Assembly: GCA_965116845.1 (NCBI GenBank)
Contig: OZ220728.1
Location: 3,970,309-4,034,308 of the forward strand
Direction of reading: 5' to 3'
Source of the DNA: Vicinamibacterales bacterium
Lineage (GTDB): Bacteria > Acidobacteriota > Vicinamibacteria > Vicinamibacterales > UBA8438
Length of the DNA stretch: 64,000 nucleotides
A program made the position numbers and the translations under genes. Shown piece by piece: positions 9,032 through 16,660 of the stretch. Within the stretch, counting starts at the first letter, position 1, and each line of letters starts with the position of its first letter. The notes below the pieces were generated by a model that made no database searches, had not been told where the DNA came from, and saw only the letters and a list, made by a program, of their open reading frames with translations.

Positions 9032-11892
9032 TGCTCCGCTCCCCCCGTCTTCCCTTCGGCCCTTGTCCACGCACTGACCGAGGCCGTTGCCGCTGTAGAC
9101 GCCGCGGACCCCGAAACCGGACGCGGATCGATGGTCTCCCCCGCGTGCGCCGCCGATGGGTTCGGGTGGAGCGACAGGGGCGCCGGCGGCAGCGAGTCGG
9201 GGACGAGCGTGCGGACGGCCGCCGCCAACGCGCCCGCCGTCGTCGGCCGGGCGGCGGGCGGCGCGGCCAGCATCTCGCCGGCGAACGACAACACCGCCTC
9301 GACGGCGTCCGCGTCGGCCGCGCCCGAGCGGGCGGCCGGCCGCGTCCGCAGCCGCTGGTTGCGGATGGCGTCGACCATCTCCTCGACCGTCGCGCCCGCG
9401 AACGGGCGCCGGCCCGCCACCGTCTCGTACAGCACCACGCCCAGCGCCCACACGTCGTCCGCCGCCCCCGCCGGCCGCCCGCCGAGCGCCTCCGGCGACA
9501 GGTACGCCACCGTGCCCCCGCCCAACGGCCGGCCGCCCCCGCTGATGTCCGCCAGCCCGAAGTCGAGCAGCTTCGGCGTCCCGCGCGACGTGAACCCGAT
9601 GTTGCTCGGCTTCACGTCCCCGTGCCGGTACCCCGCCGCGTGCAGCGCGTCGAGCGCCTCGGCCACCGCCGTCACCACCCACACCGCCGCCCCCGGCGCC
9701 AGGGGCTCGCCCCCCAGGCGCGCCGCCAGCGTGCCCCCGTCGAGGTGCTCCATCACCAGCAGCGGCCGCCCCCGCCACGTCTCGAGGCTGTGGATCTGGG
9801 CGACCCCCGGGTGCGCCGACGCCGCCATCGCCTGCGCTTCCCGCCGCAACTGCGCCAGGCCCGCCGCCGACACGCCGTCCAGCGTCTTGATCGCCACCAC
9901 CCGGTCCAGCCCGATGTCCCGCGCCCGGTACACCGTCCCCATCCCGCCCGCGCCGATGCGCCGCTCCACCGCCAGCTTGCCCGCCACCAGCACCGGAAGC
10001 GGCGCCTCCGCCCACTCGCCTCCGCACGCGTCGCACCGGGCGCCCGCGTCGACCGCCGACGCGACCCGCCCGCACGCCCCGCACGCCCGGGCCGGCGGAG
10101 CCTCCCCGGTCGACCCGGGCTGCCGCAGCCGCGCGAGCGTCAGGCTCGCCGCCCCCGCCAGCGCCTCCAGGAACGACACGTCCACCGGCCGCAGCCGGGC
10201 GCCGTCCGCCCGGCGACCCACCACCAGGAGGCCGGACAGCGTTGCCCCGGACCCGGCAACCGGCACGACCTGCGCCGCCCCCGTCGCCGTCACCCACGCC
10301 GCCTCGCCCGGCGGCAGCAGCTCGAACGCCGTCTGCCGGCCCTCCGGATCGACCAGGAGCGAGCTGCGGATCTCGGCCAGGACGCCGGCCAGCAGCGATG
10401 CGCGCGGCAGGGGAGCGAGCGTCCCGCCGGGCGCCGCGAACCGCTCCTCGGACGCGTCGAGCGCCGCCAGCATCCCGGCCGGCACCCCGGCGCCCTGCCG
10501 CGCCGCGCGCGCGACCGCCGCCTCGACCTCCGCCGCCTCGGTCGCCTGCCCGAGTTCGCCGCCCGCCGCCGCCAGCGCCCGCCGCTGGTCCGCCGTCTCC
10601 GGCGCCACCCACCCGTCCAGGCTCGCGAGCAGACGCTCCCGCCACGCCAGCGCCACCAGCGCCGCGGCCGCGGCCCCCACGCAACCCTGCGACAGCGGGT
10701 CCGCGAGCACCGCGCGCACCGGCACGTCCGCGCGACTCACCAGCAGCGCCGCCAGCGCCGCCAGCGGCCCCGCCGTCAGCACCGCCAGGCCGCCCCGCGT
10801 CAGCAGCCGTCGCGCCGACACCCGCACCGTCGTCCGCACGTCCAGCACCCGCAGCGCGATCGCCGCATACAGCGTCAGGTACGGGACCGCCAGCGCCGAC
10901 ACGCTCCCCAGCACACTCACCCAGTTCGCCGCGGCCACCGTGACCGTCCCCGGGGAGAACACCTCGACCACCCCTTCGACGTGCGGCGCCAGCGCCGCCG
11001 CAATCCCGCCCACGAACAGCAGTGTCCGCGAACGGTCCTCGCGCGCCACGCCCCCGACGCGCAGCAGCAGGACGGCCAGTCCGGCCAGGAGGAAGAGGCA
11101 GTGCGGGCCGAAGAACGCCGGCGCGATGTAGGCGCCCGGAACCTCCCGCGCCAGCACGCCCAGCGATGGGCTCAGCGCCTGCACCGGCGCCAGGTTCGCC
11201 ACCTGCAGCACGCCGCCCACCCCGGCCGCCAGCAGCGCCATGCGCGTCGCCCAGGCGTCGAGCCGCGTCCCCCGCCGGACCCGCGGGAACTCCCGCACGA
11301 ACAGCCAGAAGACGGCCGGCAGGAAGAGCTCCGGGTAGAGGCCCACGCCGAGACCGCCCGCAACCGGCTGCGCCCAGAACGCGCCGAGCAGCACCAGCAC
11401 CGCCCCCAGCAGCCGCGACCGGCGGTCGAACCGGCCGCCCACGTACAGCACCAGCCCGCACACCGGATACAGAACGTGGGGGACGATGCGCAGCAGGAGC
11501 GCCGCCGGCGACAGGTCCTCCACCGGCAGGAAGCCCCGCGCCGACTCGTCCGGGCCCGCCAGCGCGGCCAGCATCCCCTCGGCCGCCGCCGGCAGCAGCG
11601 CCGCTCCCGTGAACAGCCCGACCGCCGACTCGAGCAGGCCGATGGCGACCAGCACCCCGACCGCGCGCCGCGCGAGCCGCGACTCCCGGCCGTCGCGCCC
11701 GGCCCGTCGGCTCGATGCCACCGCCGCCCCCGCGGTGCGGCAGATCCCCTCCAGCGTGCGGAGCTGCGCCAGCGCGCCCCGCTCGGCAGGGTGGGCGCGC
11801 GACGTGCACCGCTCCCAGTCCACCTCCTGGCCGGCGGCGACCGCATCCGCCACCTCCGGCAACAGCCCGCGTCCCCGCGTCTCGCGACTCAC
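9028..11892 (-). CDS. Polytopic membrane Ser/Thr protein kinase (N-terminal multi-TM region, GAF-like middle region, Cys-rich ribbon, C-terminal kinase)
   Basis: GTG 11892 after GGAGGAG; kinase blocks IGAGGMGTVYRA, VVAIKTL, HGDVKPSNIGF (non-RD), LLDFGLA, YLSPE; Cys cluster CGACGRV..ARCDACG before the kinase; about 8-10 hydrophobic segments; paralog at 59626..62391. Confidence 0.88.
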   Translation of the reverse strand: MSRETRGRGLLPEVADAVAAGQEVDWERCTSRAHPAERGALAQLRTLEGICRTAGAAVASSRRAGRDGRESRLARRAVGVLVAIGLLESAVGLFTGAALLPAAAEGMLAALAGPDESARGFLPVEDLSPAALLLRIVPHVLYPVCGLVLYVGGRFDRRSRLLGAVLVLLGAFWAQPVAGGLGVGLYPELFLPAVFWLFVREFPRVRRGTRLDAWATRMALLAAGVGGVLQVANLAPVQALSPSLGVLAREVPGAYIAPAFFGPHCLFLLAGLAVLLLRVGGVAREDRSRTLLFVGGIAAALAPHVEGVVEVFSPGTVTVAAANWVSVLGSVSALAVPYLTLYAAIALRVLDVRTTVRVSARRLLTRGGLAVLTAGPLAALAALLVSRADVPVRAVLADPLSQGCVGAAAAALVALAWRERLLASLDGWVAPETADQRRALAAAGGELGQATEAAEVEAAVARAARQGAGVPAGMLAALDASEERFAAPGGTLAPLPRASLLAGVLAEIRSSLLVDPEGRQTAFELLPPGEAAWVTATGAAQVVPVAGSGATLSGLLVVGRRADGARLRPVDVSFLEALAGAASLTLARLRQPGSTGEAPPARACGACGRVASAVDAGARCDACGGEWAEAPLPVLVAGKLAVERRIGAGGMGTVYRARDIGLDRVVAIKTLDGVSAAGLAQLRREAQAMAASAHPGVAQIHSLETWRGRPLLVMEHLDGGTLAARLGGEPLAPGAAVWVVTAVAEALDALHAAGYRHGDVKPSNIGFTSRGTPKLLDFGLADISGGGRPLGGGTVAYLSPEALGGRPAGAADDVWALGVVLYETVAGRRPFAGATVEEMVDAIRNQRLRTRPAARSGAADADAVEAVLSFAGEMLAAPPAARPTTAGALAAAVRTLVPDSLPPAPLSLHPNPSAAHAGETIDPRPVSGSAASTAATASVSAWTRAEGKTGGAEQ

Positions 11893-11992
11893 CGTCTCCT
11901 CCTGCCTCGGGTGCCCGCACGCCCCATTGCCGGGAGAAGACGTCTGCCCGCGCCGAACCGGACACGGGGCGCCGGCACCGTGCCGACCTCGC

Positions 11993-12604
11993 TCAGGCGT
12001 CCATCTCCTGCGAGAGACGCACCAAGGCCCGCCGTAGCGCCTTGCGCGCCGCTTCCGCGCTGGCCCGCTCGTCCACCAGCGCCAGTTGCCGGAACGAGTA
12101 CCCCAGCTCGGCACGACCCACGATCAGCCGCCGATCGCGCGCCGTCAGCCGTCCCAGCGCCCGCAGGTAGTGCGCCCAGGACTCCCCGTCGATCGCCTGC
12201 TGCAGCGGGGACGGGCCGCCGGCCGGCAGCTCCTCCCCGTCCAGCTCGTCCTGGGGGCCGCGGCGCACCACGCGCCGCATCTCGTCCCGGATGCGGTGGT
12301 CGACCGCACGCAGGAGGTACGCCCGGAACGCCGCGCTGCTCGTCGACTCGAATCCCGTCAGCCGACGCACCGTGTGCAGCAGGACTTCCTGCACGAGGTC
12401 GCTCGTGTCGGCCACCCCTCGCGCCCAGACCGGCAGCCGCCCCCGCGTCCGACGCCGCAGCCACGGGAACCAACGCGCGAACAGCGCCCCCGCCGCCGAA
12501 CGGTCCCCCCGCCGCGCCCGCGCCAGGAGCTCCGACGACCCGGTCGTCGCCGCCGACTCGGCAGGCTGCCTCCCCGCGTGGGCTCGTCTCTCGTCTCCCG
12601 GCAT
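11993..12604 (-). CDS. ECF-type RNA polymerase sigma factor (kinase-associated type)
   Basis: ATG 12604; region 2 DTSDLVQEVLLHTVRRL and region 4 LTARDRRLIVGRAELGYSFRQLAL; paralog at 62388..63041. Confidence 0.85.
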   Translation of the reverse strand: MPGDERRAHAGRQPAESAATTGSSELLARARRGDRSAAGALFARWFPWLRRRTRGRLPVWARGVADTSDLVQEVLLHTVRRLTGFESTSSAAFRAYLLRAVDHRIRDEMRRVVRRGPQDELDGEELPAGGPSPLQQAIDGESWAHYLRALGRLTARDRRLIVGRAELGYSFRQLALVDERASAEAARKALRRALVRLSQEMDA

Positions 12605-12639
12605 CTCCCTGCCTGTGCGACCCGCCGGGAAGACGACCT

Positions 12640-12870
12640 CTCGTCGATCGAGATCCGCCGAAGGGTGTGCAGCAGCGCGTGCTGCTACAACGTCGCTCGT
12701 CTCGGCGAACCGCCGCGCCCAGCCCGGCAGGCGACCGGGCGCCCGCCGCCGCCACGGGAACTGCCGCGCGAACACCGCGTCGACCGCCGAGCGACCCCCT
12801 GCCGCACCCGCTCGAGCAGCGCCGTGGAGGCGGTCGCCTCAGCCGGCCGACTCGGAATGCCGTCTCCCGG
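12640..12870 (-). pseudogene. Diverged partial duplicate of the sigma-factor N-terminus
   Basis: EATASTALLERVRQG../..AVDAVFARQFPWRRRAPGRLPGWARRFAETSDVV parallels SAATTGSSELLARARRGDRSAAGALFARWFPWLRRRTRGRLPVWARGVADTSDLV of the intact gene; frameshifted and truncated. Confidence 0.55.
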
Positions 12871-12878
12871 TAGACCGT

Positions 12879-12910
12879 CGGAAAGAGGTAAAGAGTTGAA
12901 GATGCAAGAG
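12879..12910 (-). repeat. Conserved AT-rich element directly 3' of the target-gene stop codon (copy 1 of 3)
   Basis: plus-strand cGGAAAGAGGTAAAGAgtTGAAGatgcAAGAG; related copies at 16627..16660 and 20021..20052. Confidence 0.6.
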
Positions 12911-14734
12911 CTAATCCGGCGTCCTCGCCACGCGAAAACCGATGTACGAGGCCCGGCTCTCCGCATCGCCCCTGTCGCGATACGCCGACCGGAGGCTCCA
13001 CGGGCCGTAGAGCCAGGAACCGCCACGAACCACACGACGACTACAGTTCCCGCCCGTCGTCCAGGCCGAGCCGTCCCGCGGCGCCCGCGCGTAGTTCTCG
13101 TGCCAGCAGTCCTCCACCCACTCCCAGACGTTGCCGTGCACGTCGTGCAGGCCCCACGCGTTCGCCGCGAACGACCCCGCCGGAGCCGTCCGATCGTCAT
13201 CCCAGCGGCTGCGGCAACCATCGCAGTTGGCCCGGTTGCGGCCGATGTCGTCCCCCCAGGTGTAGCGCGTCGTCGACCCCGCGCGCGCTGCGTACTCCCA
13301 CTCCGACTCGCTCGGCAGCCGGTACGCCTCCCCCGTCTCCTCGGAGAGCCACGCCGCATACGCGGTCGCGTCCTCCCACGACACGTTCATCACCGGGCGC
13401 CCCCCACGGCCCCAGCCCCCGTCGTTCGGACGGTTCCGGCGCGTCGCCTGGGCGAAGCGGTCGTACTCCTCGAACGTCACCTCGTAGACGCCCAGCGCGA
13501 ACGAGGGCACCTCCACCTCGTGGACCGGCCGTTCGTCGTCCTCGCAGTCCCGCCCCGACACGCAGCCCATCCGGAAGCGCCCCGACGGGACCACCACCAG
13601 CTCCGGACACTCCGGGCAGTCCCGGAACACCGTTCCCGCCTCCCGCTGCTGCGGTCGGTCCGCCCCGGGCCGAGCGGTGGGCCGATCCGCCGACCCACCC
13701 CGCAGCGCCGACAGCCGGTTCGTCGCCAGCGCCCGGAACGTTCCGGCCGGAAACTGCCGCAGGTACGCCTCGAAGTCCGCCGCGCTCTCGCTGTTCACGA
13801 TCGACTGCCAGAACACCGTCTCCTGCTGCGCCAGGACCGTCGCCGACAGCCCGTCCGCCACCGTCACCGTGCCCGGGCCCGACGCGGCCCCCAGGTAGTG
13901 CTCGCCCAGCAGCGACCCGTACTCGTGCGGACGCTGCTCCCCGTCGGTCGCCTCCAGCACCTGCGCCCGCACCCGCCGGAACACGGCGCTCAGTTCCAGC
14001 GGTTGCTCCAGGTACGCCAGCAGCGCCGTCGTGTACGGACTGTTGCGCCCGTCGCCGTCCGCCGCCGTCGTCCCCGCCGCGGCGGCGTACGCCACCAGCG
14101 TCTCCTCCCCCAGCAGCGCCTCGTCCAGCTCCCCGAAGCTCCCCCGGCTCACGCTCCGCGCCGCCCCCGTCCGCTGCATCGACCGGGAGAGCGGGTTGTT
14201 CCGGCACGCGTCCAGGATCACCACCCGCAGCGCCGCCCCCGTCGTCGCCCGCAGCACCCGGTCCAGCGCCAGCGCCTCGTACTCCACGTCCGTGTCCCGC
14301 TCCAGGCGCGCGTCCACCGGCACGAGGTAGTTCACCCCGTCCACCTCCAGACCGTGCCCCGCGTAGAACACCACCGCCACGTCCGCTCCCGCGCTCGAAC
14401 GCGCGAACAGCCGCAACGACTCGTTCATCCCCGCCAGGTCCGCGTCCCGCACCGTCGTCACGTCGAACCCCAACCGCCCCAGCGCCGCCGCCATGTCCGC
14501 CGCGTCGTTCCCCGGGTTCGGCAGCGCCCCGATCGCGGCGTAGGTGCCGTTCCCCACCACCAGTGCTACGCGGCCCGCCGCCAGCGCGACCGGCGACGCC
14601 GCCAGCACCGCCAGCCCCACCAGCACCGAAAGCACCACTGCCCGCCGGAGCCCGATGCGGTGCCCCCGGCCGCACGAAGCGCAGCGTGCCGCTTCCGTCC
14701 GCCCTCCTCTTCGATCGGCACTCTCAGTCCACAT
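12911..14734 (-). CDS. DGR target 1: exported caspase (peptidase C14) - FGE-sulfatase/C-type-lectin fusion
   Basis: ATG 14734 7 nt after AGGAGGAA; hydrophobic leader; caspase dyad FYAGHGLE / ILDACRNNP; FGE domain RLPSESEWEYAARAG, HGNVWEWVEDCW, VVRGGSW; C-terminal 124 nt matches the TR. Confidence 0.92.
   Translation of the reverse strand: MWTESADRRGGRTEAARCASCGRGHRIGLRRAVVLSVLVGLAVLAASPVALAAGRVALVVGNGTYAAIGALPNPGNDAADMAAALGRLGFDVTTVRDADLAGMNESLRLFARSSAGADVAVVFYAGHGLEVDGVNYLVPVDARLERDTDVEYEALALDRVLRATTGAALRVVILDACRNNPLSRSMQRTGAARSVSRGSFGELDEALLGEETLVAYAAAAGTTAADGDGRNSPYTTALLAYLEQPLELSAVFRRVRAQVLEATDGEQRPHEYGSLLGEHYLGAASGPGTVTVADGLSATVLAQQETVFWQSIVNSESAADFEAYLRQFPAGTFRALATNRLSALRGGSADRPTARPGADRPQQREAGTVFRDCPECPELVVVPSGRFRMGCVSGRDCEDDERPVHEVEVPSFALGVYEVTFEEYDRFAQATRRNRPNDGGWGRGGRPVMNVSWEDATAYAAWLSEETGEAYRLPSESEWEYAARAGSTTRYTWGDDIGRNRANCDGCRSRWDDDRTAPAGSFAANAWGLHDVHGNVWEWVEDCWHENYARAPRDGSAWTTGGNCSRRVVRGGSWLYGPWSLRSAYRDRGDAESRASYIGFRVARTPD
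12919..13042 (-). repeat. DGR variable region VR1
   Basis: 124-nt match to TR 15011..15134; by hand 17 substitutions at TR adenines (coding strand) plus 2 silent non-A differences. Confidence 0.9.
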
Positions 14735-14973
14735 CAGCGTTCCTCCTGTTACAACCATCACCCGCACCGCAGCCTTGCTCCGCGGCGCCTGCTCCCCCGC
14801 TCCGGCCGTCACTCGCCGGTCTGCACCGCGAGCGTCGTCCGCCGCACCGAACGGCAGCCGGCGCCCGTCGCCCTCCGCGGTGGGCCAGGACGGGCGCCGG
14901 CCGTGGAGCCGCCGCGGAAGTCCGGCGGCCCCTGCTCAACATGACCGGCCCGGATGGACGCACCCGTGCGCGC

Positions 14974-14997
14974 CCGGCGGGGCCGTGACCCCGCCGG
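14974..14997 (-). other. GC hairpin (9-bp stem, 6-nt loop) just 3' of the TR
   Basis: ccggcgggg ccgtga ccccgccgg; lies 14 nt downstream (minus sense) of the TR end. Confidence 0.6.
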
Positions 14998-15010
14998 CTC
15001 CGGCCGCGGT

Positions 15011-15134
15011 GCGTGCTCGCCACGCGAAAACCGATGTTCGTGTTCCGGTTCTCGGCATCGTTCCTGTTGCGATTCGCCGAACGGAGGTTCCTCGGGTTGT
15101 TGTTCCAGGAACCGCCACGAACCACACGACGACT
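15011..15134 (-). repeat. DGR template repeat (TR)
   Basis: Non-coding copy of the VR starting 9 nt after the RT stop; reads SWNNNPRNLRSANRNRNDAENRNTNIGFRVAS with 9 AAC + 1 AAT codons at the positions that vary in the VRs. Confidence 0.9.
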
Positions 15135-15143
15135 GGGGGCCGG

Positions 15144-16226
15144 TCAGGCCCCCGGGACCGGCCGCCCGCGCGGCGCGAACCACCCGTCCCGGAAGATCGA
15201 GCGGCGCAGACGCCGGGTATCGGCGTGCGCCGCGTGCGCTACCCACGCGCCCACTCGCTGCTCCACCTCCGCCCGCCGCACGCTCCCCGCGCGCCACCGG
15301 TCCCGCAGCCCGCGCAGCCGGCGGCGGAACCGCCGCACGTTCGGCTCCGGCAGCCGCCGGCGGCCCCCGGGCAGCAACACGTACCCGAGGAACTCCGCCG
15401 GCTCCGACGTCCGTGCGATGCGCGTCTTCCGCGGGTGCAACGACAGCCGCCGTCCCGCCAGATACGCGGCCACGCGACCGCGCCAAATCCCGAGCTGCCC
15501 GGCATCGGCGGCGAACAGCGCGAAGTCGTCCACGTAGCGCAGGTACGGCGCCCGCAGCACCTCGGTGACGAAGTGGTCGAACCCGTCGAGGTAGACGTTC
15601 GCGAAGAGCTGGCTCGTCAGGTTCCCGATCGGCAGCCCGCGGCGGCGCTCATAGGGCGTGAACAGGTCGTCGCCGGGATAGTAGTGATGGACCGGCTCCT
15701 GCGGATTCGACCCGTCGATGATCCGGTCGAGCACCGCGAGCGTCCGTCGGCAGGCCACGCGCCGCCGGAGGTCGGCCTTCAGGACTGCGTGGTCGATGGC
15801 CGGGAAGTAGCGCAAGACGTCGCCGCGGAGAACGTAGTCGTGGCGGTCGCGGAAGCGCTCGAACTGACGCACCGCCCGGTGCGTCCCCTTGCCGGTCCGG
15901 TTGGCGTAGCTGTGCGCGATGAAGCCCCGCTCGAACAGCGGCCCCACGACCGCGTGCACGGCGTGGTGCACCACCCGGTCCCGGAACGGCGCCGCCGAAA
16001 CCAGGCGCCGCTTCGGCTCCGTCACCTCGATCTCGACGTAGCGGCCCGGGCGCCAGCTTCCGGCTCGGAGCTCCCGTTCCAGCCGCAGCACCTCCGTCTC
16101 CAGGTTGGCCAGGAACGCCGCCGGCACCGGCGTCCGCCGCTTCCCGGCCACGGCCCGCAAGGCCGCCGGCGCAAGCGCCTCGAACGAGGCGACGGCGTCG
16201 AACAGCCCGTCACGCGCGCGCGGCAT
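15144..16226 (-). CDS. DGR reverse transcriptase
   Basis: 360 aa; IGNLTSQLFANVYL (DGR-type motif 4) and YLRYVDDFALF (YxDD); adjacent to Avd and the TR. Confidence 0.93.
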   Translation of the reverse strand: MPRARDGLFDAVASFEALAPAALRAVAGKRRTPVPAAFLANLETEVLRLERELRAGSWRPGRYVEIEVTEPKRRLVSAAPFRDRVVHHAVHAVVGPLFERGFIAHSYANRTGKGTHRAVRQFERFRDRHDYVLRGDVLRYFPAIDHAVLKADLRRRVACRRTLAVLDRIIDGSNPQEPVHHYYPGDDLFTPYERRRGLPIGNLTSQLFANVYLDGFDHFVTEVLRAPYLRYVDDFALFAADAGQLGIWRGRVAAYLAGRRLSLHPRKTRIARTSEPAEFLGYVLLPGGRRRLPEPNVRRFRRRLRGLRDRWRAGSVRRAEVEQRVGAWVAHAAHADTRRLRRSIFRDGWFAPRGRPVPGA

Positions 16227-16575
16227 CGTGCGCCTGCTGGGTCTTCCGCCAGCCGCCGATCAGCCGGCCCGTCTCGTCGATCGACCGCGCCGCGTGCGCG
16301 TAACGCTGCCCGTCCAGGTGCCGCAGGTCCTTCGCCAGCCGGCACAGGTAGCGCAGCTTCTCGATGCCGAGGTTCGCCGCCGCCAGGTGCGGCCCACGCG
16401 CCCGGGTGTACGTCGCGTCGATCAGCCGCTCCAGCACATCGAGCGCCGTCGCCTGCAGCCGGTCCCCCAGCAGGAACTTCTGGCTCCGCGGGAACCGCTC
16501 CACCGTCGGCACCAGCCACAGCACGAACCGGTACATTGCCTCCAACGCCGGCCCCGTCCGCCGCGCGGCATCCAT
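16210..16575 (-). CDS. avd: Avd-like accessory variability determinant (four-helix-bundle, 23S rRNA-IVS protein family)
   Basis: ATG 16575 after GGAGG; 121 aa, basic and helical (MYRFVLWLVPTVERFPRSQKFLLGDRLQATALDVLERLIDA...); overlaps the RT start by 17 nt. Confidence 0.8.
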   Translation of the reverse strand: MDAARRTGPALEAMYRFVLWLVPTVERFPRSQKFLLGDRLQATALDVLERLIDATYTRARGPHLAAANLGIEKLRYLCRLAKDLRHLDGQRYAHAARSIDETGRLIGGWRKTQQAHDAARA

Positions 16576-16626
16576 CGTCACCTCCGTGCATCTTCCCACC
16601 GCCCGCGTCGCCTGACCGCCCGCGGG

Positions 16627-16660
16627 ACGAAAGAGGTAAGGAGTTGAAGGGACAAAGACC
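16627..16660 (-). repeat. Conserved AT-rich post-stop element (copy 2)
   Basis: acGAAAGAGGTAAGGAgtTGAAGggacAAAGAcc. Confidence 0.55.

Noticed and set aside
8971-12873. 1300-aa plus-strand ORF, and the 1171-aa minus-strand ORF 8450..11965
   Set aside because: They run antisense to, or out of frame with, the kinase and sigma genes. Their translations are Arg/Pro/Ala/Gly low-complexity with no motifs. These are typical stop-poor alternative frames of GC-rich DNA.
12881-12915. A Shine-Dalgarno-like AAGAGG plus ATG on the plus strand after VR1, as the start of an antisense gene
   Set aside because: The ATG is present only in copy 1 of the conserved element. The downstream frame is the R/P-rich antisense ORF.
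15144-16226. The RT as a retron, group II intron or Abi-type RT
   Set aside because: No intron RNA domains, maturase/En domains or msr/msd-like repeats were seen. The IGNLTSQ motif, the Avd neighbour and the TR/VR pairs with adenine-specific mismatches point to a DGR.
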